Source of the DNA: Candidatus Gastranaerophilales bacterium
Lineage (GTDB): Bacteria > Cyanobacteriota > Vampirovibrionia > Gastranaerophilales > Gastranaerophilaceae
Assembly (NCBI GenBank): GCA_944322895.1
Contig: CALUQL010000001.1
Coordinates: forward strand, 7,195-71,194
Direction: 5' to 3'
DNA length: 64,000 nucleotides
Position 1 is the stretch's first letter, and every line of letters starts with the position of its first letter. Position numbers and translations under genes: made by a program. Under the pieces are notes generated by a model, which searched no databases, was not told where the DNA came from, and worked only from the letters and a program-made list of their open reading frames with translations. Of the stretch, positions 1-10,516 are shown in pieces.

Positions 1-122
1 GTATTTACTCCAATGATTGATAAGATAAATATAAGAAAAAATTAATAATGCTACATAATTTACAAAATTGATAAAAACATATAATATATACTTTGTATTT
101 TTTAGTTTGAAAGGAAAACAAA

Positions 123-758
123 ATGAGAGAGAATATGAAAAAATACATAGTTGAATTTATAGGAACCTTTTTTCTTGTGTTAACAGTATTATGCTGTTCA
201 ATTGCAGGACAAAGTTTTGCTCCATTAGCTATTTCAGGAGTACTAGCAACAATGATATATGCTGGCGGACATATTTCTGGTGGCCATTACAACCCTGCAG
301 TATCTTTTGCTTGTTGTATAAGAGGGGTATTGCCTTTCAAACAGTTTATTCCATACACTATTTCCCAAGTATTAGGGGGAATAGTTGCTGTTTTGATTTT
401 TTACCTTTTAATAGGAAAAATTCAATCATTTGAGCCTGTAAACTTTAATTTATTACCATTGTTTATTGCAGAATTGTTATTCACATTTGCACTTTGTTAT
501 GTTGTCCTATTAACTGCTACTAAGAAAGAAACCGCAGGTAATTCATACTTTGGATTGGCAATTGGTCTTACTGTTCTTGTTGGTGCTATTACTGTAGGTG
601 GAATATTCTGTGCCGGTGCATTTAATCCGGCTGTTGCTTTTTCTATCGGTATAGTTAATGCTATATCTTGGAAATTAGTTTGTATAACAATATTGGCAAA
701 CCTTTTAGGTGGTGCTTTGGCTGCATTGAGCTATAAAATCACAAATATCGAATCATAA
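123..758 (+). CDS. MIP-family channel (aquaporin / glycerol-facilitator-like)
   Basis: 211-aa polytopic protein with both MIP NPA boxes (HISGGHYNPAVS and GAFNPAVAF). A strong hairpin terminator follows. Confidence 0.85.
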   Translation: MRENMKKYIVEFIGTFFLVLTVLCCSIAGQSFAPLAISGVLATMIYAGGHISGGHYNPAVSFACCIRGVLPFKQFIPYTISQVLGGIVAVLIFYLLIGKIQSFEPVNFNLLPLFIAELLFTFALCYVVLLTATKKETAGNSYFGLAIGLTVLVGAITVGGIFCAGAFNPAVAFSIGIVNAISWKLVCITILANLLGGALAALSYKITNIES

Positions 759-779
759 AATAAAAAATTAACTGAATAA

Positions 780-812
780 AAAAGACCGTATCTGTATGAT
801 ACGGTCTTTTTT
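780..812. terminator. Bidirectional rho-independent terminator between the MIP gene and leuS
   Basis: Perfect 13-bp stem aaaagaccgtatc (780-792) / gatacggtctttt (798-810) with loop tgtat. It is flanked by an A-run and a T-run, so it can act on both convergent genes. Confidence 0.7.
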
Positions 813-827
813 ATAATATAATTAAAG

Positions 828-3314
828 TTATTTTACTACAATATTAACTAATTTAGCAGGAACAACAATAACTTTCACAATTTGCTTTCCGCTAGTTAAC
901 TCTTTAATTTTTGAACTGTTAAGAGCAATTTCTTCAAGTTCATCCTTAGTTGTTTCAGCATCTACTTCAATTTTATCTTTAACTTTACCGTTAATTTGAA
1001 CAACTAAAGTAATGCTGCTTGTCTTAGCTAAAGACTCATCATAAGTAGGCCATTCAACTTTATGAATTGAATCTTTACCGCCAAGACCTTCATAAATTTC
1101 CTCAGCCATATGCGGAATTACCGGTGCTAATAATTTTAAATATGTAAGAACCGCATAGCTAAATACCATTTTATCTTCATCAGAAAACTCTTTTCTATTA
1201 TTAATATAATCATATAATACATTAGCAAATTCTCTGTATTTTGATATTACTGTATTGAATTGGAACTCATTTGAAATATCTTGAGAAATTTTCTTAATTG
1301 TCATATGAACTTCTCTTACTAGATTGTTATTCTCTTTAGATAAAGAAGTTACATCAGGCAATTTATAATCTAAAATAATATTTTGCTGATTCGAAGAATA
1401 TATTTTCCATAATCTATTTAAGAATTTATAACATCCTTCAACACCTGCATCAGACCAATCAAAATCTCTATTAGGCGGAGAATCGGAAAGAATAAATAAT
1501 CTGGCAGTATCCGCTCCATAGTTTTGGAATATTTCATCAGGATCAACAGTATTACCTTTTGATTTTGACATTTTTGAACCATCTTTCAAAACCATACCCT
1601 GAGTCAAAAGATTTTTAAATGGTTCATCAATATTAATAATGCCCAAATCTCTTAATGCTTTAGTAAAGAACCTTGAATATAACAAGTGTAAAATTGCATG
1701 TTCAATACCGCCAACATATTGGTCAATCGGAGCCCAATAATGAAGAATATCTTTGTCAAAAGGTGCTTTATCATTTCTTGCATCCGTGTAGCGGTAAAAA
1801 TACCAATTTGAACACATAAACGTATCCATAGTATCAGTTTCACGTTCAGCTTTACCACCACAAATAGGACAAGTTGTATATTTAAATGATTCTGATGTCT
1901 TAACAGGAGACATACCTTTTACACTGAAATCAACATCCTCAGGTAATAAAACAGGTAAATCTTTTTCATCAACAGGAACTGTACCACATTTTGGACAATA
2001 TACAATCGGTATTGGAGTTCCCCAATATCTTTGTCTTGAAATCAACCAGTCACGAAGTCTATATTGAACCTTAGCCTCACCAAAACCACCTTTAACAGCT
2101 TTATCAATAATAACTTGCTTTGCTGTTTCATTATCAAGTCCGTTGCAGTCAAGTGAATTAACCAAAACACCTTTTTCTGTATAAGCTTCTTTTAATTCAG
2201 TTATTGGAGCTTCTGGATTTTGGATTACAATCTTCATTGGAAGATTATATTTTTTAGCAAAAGCAAAGTCCCTTTCATCATGAGCAGGAACAGCCATAAC
2301 TGCACCTGTACCATATTCAGCTAAAGCATAATCTGCAGTCCAAATAGGGAACTCTTCACCATTTAACGGATTAATTAAATGAGTTCCTAATGGAACACCT
2401 GTTTTAATTCTTTCTGTAGAAAGTCTTTCTATTTCAGACATTTTTCTAGCATTTTGTCTGTATGCTTCAACTGCTTCTTTATTTTCAGGAGTTGTTAATT
2501 TCTCGATATCTTTATACTCAGGAGCAACAACAAGATATGTAATACCATATGCAGTATCAGGTCTTGTTGTATATACAGGAACTTCAAGTCCTTCAATTTC
2601 TTTAACTTTAAATCTTAAAATGGCACCGGTTGAGCGGTCAATCCAATTTTTTTGCATTGTTTTAACGCTATCCGGCCAACCATCAAGCAATTTTATATCA
2701 TCAAGAAGTTCTTGTGCATAATCAGTAATTTTTAAAAACCATTGAGATAAATACTTCTTTTCAACTTCACCGTCACATCTCCAGCATTTACCATCAATAA
2801 CTTGTTCATTAGCAAGAACAGTTGCACAATTATTACACCAATTAACAGCAGCTTCTTTTTTATATGCTAATCCTTTTTTAAACATTTGAATAAAGAAATA
2901 TTGAGTCCATTTATAATACTCAGGCAGACAAGTTGTAACTTCTCTATCCCAATCAACCATAAGCCCTAAGGACTTTAACTGTTGTTTCATATATGCAATA
3001 TTATCTAAAGTCCATTTTTTTGGATTTGCACCATGTTGAATAGCCGCATTTTCAGCAGGAAGACCAAAACTATCCCAACCCATAGGATGTAAAACATTAA
3101 AACCGTTCATTCTTTTATAACGTGCTATAACATCAGAAATTGTATAATTCCTAACATGTCCCATATGTAATTTCCCGGATGGATATGGAAGCATAGATAA
3201 GATATAATACTTTTCTTTATCTTTATCGTTATATACTTTGTTTAATTTTGTTTCATCCCAATGCTTTTGCCACTTTTTTTCAATTTCTTGCGGATAGTAT
3301 CTATCTTTAATCAC
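828..3314 (-). CDS. leuS: Leucine--tRNA ligase
   Basis: 828 aa. HIGH-type motif PYPSGKLHMGHVRNY, KMSKS motif GSKMSKSKGN and class Ia editing-domain length. Apparent GTG start with AGGAG about 9 nt upstream. Confidence 0.97.
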   Translation of the reverse strand: MIKDRYYPQEIEKKWQKHWDETKLNKVYNDKDKEKYYILSMLPYPSGKLHMGHVRNYTISDVIARYKRMNGFNVLHPMGWDSFGLPAENAAIQHGANPKKWTLDNIAYMKQQLKSLGLMVDWDREVTTCLPEYYKWTQYFFIQMFKKGLAYKKEAAVNWCNNCATVLANEQVIDGKCWRCDGEVEKKYLSQWFLKITDYAQELLDDIKLLDGWPDSVKTMQKNWIDRSTGAILRFKVKEIEGLEVPVYTTRPDTAYGITYLVVAPEYKDIEKLTTPENKEAVEAYRQNARKMSEIERLSTERIKTGVPLGTHLINPLNGEEFPIWTADYALAEYGTGAVMAVPAHDERDFAFAKKYNLPMKIVIQNPEAPITELKEAYTEKGVLVNSLDCNGLDNETAKQVIIDKAVKGGFGEAKVQYRLRDWLISRQRYWGTPIPIVYCPKCGTVPVDEKDLPVLLPEDVDFSVKGMSPVKTSESFKYTTCPICGGKAERETDTMDTFMCSNWYFYRYTDARNDKAPFDKDILHYWAPIDQYVGGIEHAILHLLYSRFFTKALRDLGIINIDEPFKNLLTQGMVLKDGSKMSKSKGNTVDPDEIFQNYGADTARLFILSDSPPNRDFDWSDAGVEGCYKFLNRLWKIYSSNQQNIILDYKLPDVTSLSKENNNLVREVHMTIKKISQDISNEFQFNTVISKYREFANVLYDYINNRKEFSDEDKMVFSYAVLTYLKLLAPVIPHMAEEIYEGLGGKDSIHKVEWPTYDESLAKTSSITLVVQINGKVKDKIEVDAETTKDELEEIALNSSKIKELTSGKQIVKVIVVPAKLVNIVVK

Positions 3315-3482
3315 TTCACTATTCTCCTAACGAATCTTCATAGTATTAATTATAAACTAAACATAAAAATCTATATAAAATTTTTAAGCAAGTATAAAAA
3401 ATATATCTGATTTGAGGATGAAGAGAATTGACCTTACATAAATAATTATTAAATCATTATTGTAAAAGATGGGAGAAATAAA

Positions 3483-3791
3483 ATGAAAAAAATAATTATA
3501 ATTGCAGTTGGTTTATTAATATTAAATATTGGAACAGTCACATTTGCAAATGAATATAATCAATCAACATACTTATTGAGCTATACTTCAGCAAGCTCAC
3601 TTAAATATAAAATAAATTCATTAAACAGACAAATAAAGAATAATGAATATCAAATAAAAAAAATAAAAAGGTCAACATCATTGAGCAATAGTGAGAAAAG
3701 AAGTAAAATAAACAGACTGGAATATAAAAACAGACAATTAAAAAGAAAAATTGTAAAAATAAAACAAGAATATTCTAAAGCTATATCTTAG
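3483..3791 (+). CDS. Small secreted Lys-rich coiled-coil-like protein (hypothetical)
   Basis: N-terminal hydrophobic signal-like segment MKKIIIIAVGLLILNIGTVTFA, then a K/N/Q-rich region. GGGAG lies upstream of the ATG. The 3' end overlaps the convergent GT9 gene by 11 nt. Confidence 0.4.
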   Translation: MKKIIIIAVGLLILNIGTVTFANEYNQSTYLLSYTSASSLKYKINSLNRQIKNNEYQIKKIKRSTSLSNSEKRSKINRLEYKNRQLKRKIVKIKQEYSKAIS

Positions 3792-4770
3792 AAACAATAT
3801 GTTCAAGATTAAAATCAAGACAATCAAGTTTTTCACAAGTAGTTTGTCTCTTATTCCATAAACAAGGTCTACAATTTGCATTGTTTTTAATTGCAATAAA
3901 GTTATCAGATTTTGGAAGTAATGTTTCATCATCCGTAGGACCAAATATTGCAAATGTTTTTGTGTTTGTTGCAACTCCTATATGCATTGGTGCCGAATCA
4001 GAACAAATTAAAATTTCAGATTTTTTTATTAATTCAACTAAATCAAAAATATTTTTAGTTTTCCCAAACATATCGGAAAAATTTGTTAAATCAACATTTT
4101 TTAATTCATTTCTTATTTCTTCAATGCATTCAGAATCATCAGGTCCACCTGCTAAATAAACATTTTTTCCTTTTTTCAATAATTCAATAATTACTTGAGC
4201 CCACATTTTAGGAGAAATTGTTTTTATTATATTTTTTTGAACACTAATTTTACTAACTCCAGGGTGTATAAGTACAGAATTCTTATTTTTTTCAAATTTT
4301 TCAACCTCAATTAACGGGAGTTCAAACTCCAAATTCGTAATTGGCTTAACCAAATCAAAATACATCATAGATGCATACTGTTGTTTATTTAATATAACCG
4401 CGTGAGTTAAAAACTTTTCTGAGAGATTCGATGTTTTATAACCGACTCTGGTCTTTATTCCCGTAAAAAACAATAGCGGTGCAATTAAAGCGTTTCCGCC
4501 TGAAGATATGACTAAATCAAACCCACCAAACAAAGCTTTAAAATAAAGCTTTAGCATTTCAATATATTTATTTTTTGTTTTAATATCAATGCAAAAATAG
4601 GAATCTAAAAGACTAGTAAGCTTTATAAAAGCCTTACTACGACCTTCTAAACATAATGTAATTTTTGCGGATGGAAACTTTTTCTTTAAACTTTGAATTA
4701 CAGGCATAAAAAGAATTTCATCACCAATTCCGCCGAAGTTTATTAACAAAATATTTTTATAATTATTCAT
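3781..4770 (-). CDS. Glycosyltransferase family 9 (heptosyltransferase-like)
   Basis: N-terminal ILLINFGGIGDEILFMPVIQSLKKKFP and C-terminal CSDSAPMHIGVATNTKTFAIFGPTD match the GT9 (WaaC/WaaF-type) pattern. Confidence 0.75.
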   Translation of the reverse strand: MNNYKNILLINFGGIGDEILFMPVIQSLKKKFPSAKITLCLEGRSKAFIKLTSLLDSYFCIDIKTKNKYIEMLKLYFKALFGGFDLVISSGGNALIAPLLFFTGIKTRVGYKTSNLSEKFLTHAVILNKQQYASMMYFDLVKPITNLEFELPLIEVEKFEKNKNSVLIHPGVSKISVQKNIIKTISPKMWAQVIIELLKKGKNVYLAGGPDDSECIEEIRNELKNVDLTNFSDMFGKTKNIFDLVELIKKSEILICSDSAPMHIGVATNTKTFAIFGPTDDETLLPKSDNFIAIKNNANCRPCLWNKRQTTCEKLDCLDFNLEHIVSKI

Positions 4771-4771
4771 A

Positions 4772-5119
4772 TCAGAAAGGTTTTGTTTGATTTAATTTAT
4801 TTCTTAATTCTCTAAAACGAGCAATATCTTCTTGAGCTTTGCCTGTTTCTCTAAACACGACTTGGCTTGAAGGATGAACCATCATAATACAATCGATATG
4901 AATTTCTAAAAAATTATATCTTCTTGGAGGTACATTTGAATTTCTTGCCATTATTTCAGCATTTGTAACAGCTAGAAATCTTTTTTCTTTATCATTCAAT
5001 AAATCTGTAAGTTCTCTATTAGTTTTAGTATATTTTGAAACATGTACAGTACCTTTAATTTCATGGTCTGCAGTTAAAATAATAACCTCTATTGGAACTG
5101 TATCTAATTCTTTTGCCAT
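4772..5119 (-). CDS. Hypothetical protein, co-transcribed upstream of the GT9 gene
   Basis: 115-aa ORF whose stop is 1 nt from the GT9 start. No motif recognised. Confidence 0.45.
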   Translation of the reverse strand: MAKELDTVPIEVIILTADHEIKGTVHVSKYTKTNRELTDLLNDKEKRFLAVTNAEIMARNSNVPPRRYNFLEIHIDCIMMVHPSSQVVFRETGKAQEDIARFRELRNKLNQTKPF

Positions 5120-5259
5120 TTTTCACCTTCTGAACAAACTATAAAATAATTATATTATAAATTTCTTCATAATTCTAGTATTTAATTATGTTTATGCGCA
5201 AATTTTATTTTTAGAGATTTTAATATAAATACATAATGATAAAGAAAGAATAAAGCACG

Positions 5260-5934
5260 ATGAATAATATAAGTTTTAAAGGTTTTTATCAAGTAGCACC
5301 TATACAAAATAAAAAGGTGAATATGAAACTAGCGTCTGCTATGGTAAGTACAATCCCTGATGCAAGTTCTATGAGTTATATGGGAAGTAATTCAATGACT
5401 CTTTTTATTCCAGAAGATAAAGAATTACAATTTGAACAATTAGCTCAAGCATTAAGGGCAAAATCACTTGTATACATTGAAAATATTGGTACTAAAATAC
5501 CGTCTTTGGATTCATTGCTTAAATCAAGGATTAGAGATTTTAATCCATCTGAAGGGGAAGAATATGTTGCATTATCAACAGACGAACTTAAAAAGTTTAT
5601 TGATATGTCAGGAGAAAAAACACAAGATAAAAATTCAAATTATGGATTATTCCAAATTGCATTATTTGATACGAAGATAAATATTCCAGAAATACATGTT
5701 TCAAATCCTGGAGAATCACTAAAAGAACCACAAACATCAAAGCATAAGAAATTTGGTAGAATACAAATCCCTAATAATTCTAAAGATATATTGTATTCAT
5801 TCTTAAAATTAGGATATAAAGAAATTCCGGTTAAATTGTCACAACAAAGCTTAAAAAATCTAAAAAAGATATCAAAAGAAACAGGATTAAACTTAATTTC
5901 CAGAGAACTTGATGTATTATCTTTGGAGAAATAA
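5260..5934 (+). CDS. Hypothetical protein
   Basis: 224-aa ORF with no recognisable motif, divergent from the GT9 operon. Confidence 0.4.
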   Translation: MNNISFKGFYQVAPIQNKKVNMKLASAMVSTIPDASSMSYMGSNSMTLFIPEDKELQFEQLAQALRAKSLVYIENIGTKIPSLDSLLKSRIRDFNPSEGEEYVALSTDELKKFIDMSGEKTQDKNSNYGLFQIALFDTKINIPEIHVSNPGESLKEPQTSKHKKFGRIQIPNNSKDILYSFLKLGYKEIPVKLSQQSLKNLKKISKETGLNLISRELDVLSLEK

Positions 5935-5952
5935 TAAGTATTATCATTGCAT

Positions 5953-6927
5953 CTATACTAGGTTTTTCCTCAACCAATTAGCTACATGTGTAGAGATATT
6001 GGACGAAAAACATAGATTAGGTTGCTCTTGAAAAAACATTAATACTTCTTTTAGATTATCAGAAATTGCCTTTTCGTAATTTTCATTCATCCAGAAAAAC
6101 TCAACGTTTATTTCTACTTTTTCACATTTTAACTTATTACAACGTTTTATAAATTCTTTTGCTTCTTTTATATTGTCATTTATACCTGGAATTATTATAT
6201 ATTTTATTGTTACTTCAGCATTTGGATTTTTTCTTGAAGCATCAATATACTTTTTTAAGTTTTTCCAAACCGCATCATAGCCTTTCACTCTCTTGATTTG
6301 TTCATAAACCTTTTTTGTGCCAGCATCAACAGAAACTTTTAATTTTGTTTTACCGTATTTTAATGCTTGTGTAATATCATTCGAGTATGTTATACCTGCA
6401 CTTAAAAATTCAATCGAGCCCTTTTGTGAAAAAGCAAAGTCAATAAGCCATTTTAGTTCACCTTTTGGATACTCTGCACATTCACCACCACCGATAATAA
6501 AATGACAACCGGATTTAAACATATTTTTATCTTTTAACTGCGTTAATAAGGGTCTTACATCATATGTCTTACGTGTATTTAAGTCTTTTTTTATTTCAGC
6601 CTTACCACCACCAGAAATAATACAATATATACAATCACAACTACATTTTGTTCGATTAGAAACAGAAACATCAATAAATCCCGGAGTTTCATCCCACTCT
6701 TTTTCTGTTAAAGTAGGACAATCTTTACACACTTCAGGATAATTTCCTAATTTACATTGCTCTATATAATTCTTACGATTTTCTATATATTCATCAACAT
6801 CAATCAATTCACCATGATAACTTTCTTTAAATGTAAGCTTCTTGTCAAAAGATGCGCAACAATAAGTCAAATCATCTGAATTAATCACTAGGTGATACAA
6901 AGCCCACTCACAACACTTAAATTTCAT
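5953..6927 (-). CDS. Radical SAM enzyme, clade A1
   Basis: Triad CSCDCIYC. N-terminal Cys module MKFKCC..YCC..CKDC. Also GGGECAEYPKGEL, VSVDAGTKKVYEQIKRV and KYIIIPGINDN. Confidence 0.85.
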   Translation of the reverse strand: MKFKCCEWALYHLVINSDDLTYCCASFDKKLTFKESYHGELIDVDEYIENRKNYIEQCKLGNYPEVCKDCPTLTEKEWDETPGFIDVSVSNRTKCSCDCIYCIISGGGKAEIKKDLNTRKTYDVRPLLTQLKDKNMFKSGCHFIIGGGECAEYPKGELKWLIDFAFSQKGSIEFLSAGITYSNDITQALKYGKTKLKVSVDAGTKKVYEQIKRVKGYDAVWKNLKKYIDASRKNPNAEVTIKYIIIPGINDNIKEAKEFIKRCNKLKCEKVEINVEFFWMNENYEKAISDNLKEVLMFFQEQPNLCFSSNISTHVANWLRKNLV

Positions 6928-7179
6928 CTATAATTACTCTCCAAGATAAATTTTAACATATTATAAATTATTGGTCACATGTCAAATTAAATATTAGATA
7001 TGATTTGCACATTATAATCTTGATAATATTTGAAATTTTGAAGAATTTGAATCCAAAGTCGAATAAAAAATTATAGCACAATCCAACCAAGAATATTTTT
7101 TATTCAGTTCCATAGTATACTTTAGCTTTACTTTAAAAATGTAGTATTATATAATTATTTTGGAACCTATGGGTAGATT

Positions 7180-8211
7180 ATGAATTATAAGAGTTGTGGC
7201 TTTATAAATCACGGAATGGAATTCAGACCGGATAAAGAAATAACTGTGTGCTCTCAAGTTAGTCACATTGGTGGTGGGAACATAGTATTATTAAAAGATT
7301 TCAACCCTAAGGCATTTGATATTGAAACTCTTATTAAGAAAAAGAAGGAAATTGCTGATTGTGTAAAAAATGGGGCTATTTATCCTAATTGCATAGGATG
7401 CACAGACTTAAAAGACTGGAACGAATTACGCGAATTATCAAAAATAAAATTATTGATGATTCAACACTGGACTAAATGTAATTCGAATTGCATATATTGT
7501 TATACTGCAAAAAATAAAAAATATTACAATTCACTAAAACCATATGAAATATCTCCAATACTAAAAAAAATGCTCGAATATAATGTTTTAGATAAAGATG
7601 GAATTGCAAATTTTTCGGGCGGAGAATTTACTTGCTTAAAAGAAGCAAATAAAATTATTGATATATTATCTAAATTAAACTACTTTATTATTGTTAATAG
7701 TTCTGGTGTAGTATATTCTAAAAAGCTGGCTGAAAGACTGACAAAAGGTAATTCTTGCGTCGTAATATCAGTTGATGCAGGTTCAGAGGCTACTCATAAA
7801 CTAGTAAAACAAGTTAAAACTTATAAAAGAGTATGGACAAATATACAAAAATATATAAAAAAACAGTCAAAAGATGATTTGGTAAATGTAAAATATATAA
7901 TTATTCCAGGATATAATGATAGCGAAGAAGAAATAGACATTTTTATAGAAAATTGCATAAATGCAGGAGTTAAAAGTATTGTTCTTGGCATAGATGCAAA
8001 TTATTTTGAACCAAATAGAGAAAATATTTCTGACCATATTTTTAAATTGTTTCATTCTACACGAGAAAAGGTCGAAAAACTAAATATTAAATTTACCATT
8101 GCTAATAGAGCTTTAACTATGTTAACTATTGGGAAATATGCTGATCCTTTTTGGGAAAAATATAGATATGATGATGGCGTATACGCTGATAGATACTTTA
8201 ATAACCTTTAA
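7180..8211 (+). CDS. Radical SAM enzyme, clade A2
   Basis: Triad CNSNCIYC. N-terminal Cys residues (KSC..VC..CIGC). Also FSGGEFTCLKE, ISVDAGSEATHKLVKQV and KYIIIPGYNDSEEE. Confidence 0.85.
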   Translation: MNYKSCGFINHGMEFRPDKEITVCSQVSHIGGGNIVLLKDFNPKAFDIETLIKKKKEIADCVKNGAIYPNCIGCTDLKDWNELRELSKIKLLMIQHWTKCNSNCIYCYTAKNKKYYNSLKPYEISPILKKMLEYNVLDKDGIANFSGGEFTCLKEANKIIDILSKLNYFIIVNSSGVVYSKKLAERLTKGNSCVVISVDAGSEATHKLVKQVKTYKRVWTNIQKYIKKQSKDDLVNVKYIIIPGYNDSEEEIDIFIENCINAGVKSIVLGIDANYFEPNRENISDHIFKLFHSTREKVEKLNIKFTIANRALTMLTIGKYADPFWEKYRYDDGVYADRYFNNL

Positions 8212-8348
8212 TTTTTTATATGTAACTTGTTGTTTTGTTAGATTATCATCTATATTATTAATTTACTGAAAGAATTTTATACATGATTATTTGTTACTTG
8301 TTAATTAAATGCTACAATACATTATTATTAGATGTATAGGTATATAAT

Positions 8349-9362
8349 ATGAGAGCTTGCAATAATTTAAATACTTCGATTTGTTTTAACTATAAAGAGA
8401 TTGGTGTTACCTATTGCACTCTTACAAATGCATCAAACGGCAAGGGATGGCCGAAAATATCAGATGATGTATTTGATGGTGAAAAAATTAATTGGAATAA
8501 GTTTTTTGAAGAACGATCTAAAGAAATATATGCAATTAAAAATTGTTGTGAAAGAGTAGAATGTAAAAACTGCCAACAGATTTGCGATATAGATTTTTCT
8601 GACGATAAAAAAATACATTATATTCTATTGTCCCCCTGGCAAATATGCAATTCTAATTGTATATATTGTCTTGGACACGCGGAAATGATTTCAACAAAGA
8701 CACCGAACTATGAGAAATACTACAAAGAATATGAAGAACCATATGATATGCTATCTATTATAAAAGATATGATTGCTAATAATGTATTAGCAGAGGATGC
8801 AGAGATTGATTTTGCAGGTGGCGAACCCACATTATATCCTAAATTCGACGAAATAATAAATTTCTTTATAGATAATGGTTTTAAAAACATCATTATACAC
8901 ACAAACAATATTCAATACTCAAAAGCAATAGAACGAGGAATAAAAGAAAATGCAATAAGTCTTATGATATCAATCGATGCAGGAACTAAAAAATGCCACG
9001 AAAAAACAAAAGGAGTCAGATCATTTGACAAAGTTTGGCACAATTTTAAAAAATATTCAAAAAAAAGGAATAAAACATACTCTAAACGCCTTTGCACTAA
9101 ATACGTTCTTGTGCCCAATGTAAATGATTCAAAGAAAGAATTAGAAGAATTTATTAAACAATCTAAAAAAAATGGAGCAACTCAAGTAGCATTAAACGTT
9201 TATAACCAACTTCTAAATGAAATGAATTATGAAGACAGTTTATTAAATAATTTAAAAGAGCTTTCTGATTTTTGGATTTCTAAAGCAAAAGAAAATGGTC
9301 TACCTTATATTCTTTTTCCTAATATCGAATATGTATACAAAAAACTAAACCAAAAAACTTAG
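8349..9362 (+). CDS. Radical SAM enzyme, clade A2
   Basis: Triad CNSNCIYC. Also FAGGEPTLYPK, ISIDAGTKKCHEKTKGV and KYVLVPNVNDSKKE. Cys-rich N-terminus (C..C..C..CC..CKNC..C). Confidence 0.85.
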   Translation: MRACNNLNTSICFNYKEIGVTYCTLTNASNGKGWPKISDDVFDGEKINWNKFFEERSKEIYAIKNCCERVECKNCQQICDIDFSDDKKIHYILLSPWQICNSNCIYCLGHAEMISTKTPNYEKYYKEYEEPYDMLSIIKDMIANNVLAEDAEIDFAGGEPTLYPKFDEIINFFIDNGFKNIIIHTNNIQYSKAIERGIKENAISLMISIDAGTKKCHEKTKGVRSFDKVWHNFKKYSKKRNKTYSKRLCTKYVLVPNVNDSKKELEEFIKQSKKNGATQVALNVYNQLLNEMNYEDSLLNNLKELSDFWISKAKENGLPYILFPNIEYVYKKLNQKT

Positions 9363-9365
9363 TAA

Positions 9366-10460
9366 TTATTTATATGTATCATGAGAAAATATTTTAATAT
9401 TGTCTTTTGTTTGTTCTATTTTCATTTTTAATTTTTTACGAGCAAAATATCTAAGTTTATTATTGAAATATTGTTTTATAGTAACAGGTTCTAATTTTCG
9501 AAGATAGTCTGGCAACCAACAGTGCGGAGAATTGAATATAGGATTTTTCATCATTTTTACAAAATCATTATATTTATGATGATTTTGATAAAATACAGCA
9601 TAATCTTCTCTATTCATAATATAATCAGCATACCCGCCAATACAAGCGGAAAATGCAGCACGAGCATCAAGTTTTTCTGCTAATTTAACAAAAGCAGGCA
9701 TATCTCTATAATTATCAGCTGTTATTACAAACATAATTTCAAAATCATTAATTTTACCACTTCTTTTTAGTTCACTTATGTATTTGACATTTTTCATTAC
9801 AACATCAAACTTATCAGTTCTAAATATTCTTTTGTATGTTCTTCTAGTTGCTGCATGAAGTGAAATATGCACTTTAAAAAGTCTATCAAGTAAATTATGT
9901 TTTATTAAATTTTCCTCATTACATTTTATACCATTTGAAATAAAATCTACCTTTATATTTGGATTATTATTCAGAATAGCAGCGACCATTTTTTGAGTAT
10001 GTTTACTATCAAAGAACTCACCTCGGCAATTTACAAACATATATTTAGCTTTTGATGTAATAGGTAAAATATGTGTTTCTAATTTATCCTCCCATCTTTT
10101 ACACTCTTCTGGAGGTAAAGCTTTATATTCATCGCGACAAATAATGCATCGTTGTGCACAAGTATAATCATAACCAATATTTATATACTCTGGATATGGA
10201 GCAATTACTCCTTCAAAGAGAATTTTCTCAGACTTAATACCATTACAATTGTCATAGTTACAATATGAATATTTCTTAGCTAGAACATCTTTTCTGAATT
10301 CTTGAGCTTTCACTCCATTCCATATTTCATCAATATCATCTTCAAAAATATTTCCTATCATATTGAAATTAGAGAAACAAGGATTACAAAAAAAACATTT
10401 TCCATCATTATTCAATTCAAGACAATTCCAAGGATTCTGACAAAACAAATTATTATTCAT
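9366..10460 (-). CDS. Radical SAM enzyme, clade B (N-terminal SPASM-like module)
   Basis: N-terminus FCQNPWNCLELNNDGKCFFCNP..GNIFEDDIDEIWNG..YCNYDNC, then triad CAQRCIIC. Also HISLHAATRRTYKRI and a C-terminal CWLPDYLRKLEP. Confidence 0.85.
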   Translation of the reverse strand: MNNNLFCQNPWNCLELNNDGKCFFCNPCFSNFNMIGNIFEDDIDEIWNGVKAQEFRKDVLAKKYSYCNYDNCNGIKSEKILFEGVIAPYPEYINIGYDYTCAQRCIICRDEYKALPPEECKRWEDKLETHILPITSKAKYMFVNCRGEFFDSKHTQKMVAAILNNNPNIKVDFISNGIKCNEENLIKHNLLDRLFKVHISLHAATRRTYKRIFRTDKFDVVMKNVKYISELKRSGKINDFEIMFVITADNYRDMPAFVKLAEKLDARAAFSACIGGYADYIMNREDYAVFYQNHHKYNDFVKMMKNPIFNSPHCWLPDYLRKLEPVTIKQYFNNKLRYFARKKLKMKIEQTKDNIKIFSHDTYK

Positions 10461-10516
10461 AAATTTATACCCAATTTTAGATTGATTATATCATAATATA
10501 CCTTAATAAATGTTTT

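Noticed and set aside
191-433. Nested or antisense ORFs in the six-frame track. Examples: 191-433, 1652-1861, 3738-3974, 3881-4159, 5468-5680, 6317-6505, 7867-8055, 8720-9118, 10302-10496, 10966-11157, 13532-13714, 14247-14537, 16349-16708, 17206-17391, 19132-19449, 25535-26144, 28614-29506, 36026-36325, 37668-38142, 40172-40417, 40984-41310, 46741-46989, 47094-47303, 47749-48034, 48318-48599, 49734-51038, 52154-52405, 57283-57483, 59820-60050, 61757-62026 and 63605-63814.
   Set aside because: Each lies entirely within, or opposite, a longer ORF that has clear family motifs. Their translations are low-complexity (F/L/I/S-rich), as expected from reading AT-rich coding DNA out of frame.
3315-3482. 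Possible T-box leader upstream of leuS, fluoride riboswitch upstream of crcB (58473-58481) and SAM riboswitch upstream of metY (63864-63923).
   Set aside because: The leuS leader lacks the conserved T-box sequence (no ..GGTGGTACCGCG..-like element). The crcB and metY upstream regions are only about 9 and about 60 nt, too short for the respective riboswitches.
8283-8339. An 18-codon ORF (MIICYLLIKCYNTLLLDV) with two Cys residues, in the spacer between two rSAM genes; a possible precursor peptide.
   Set aside because: It has no SD-like sequence upstream and no similar peptide next to other paralogues. An ORF of this length is expected by chance in a 137-bp spacer.
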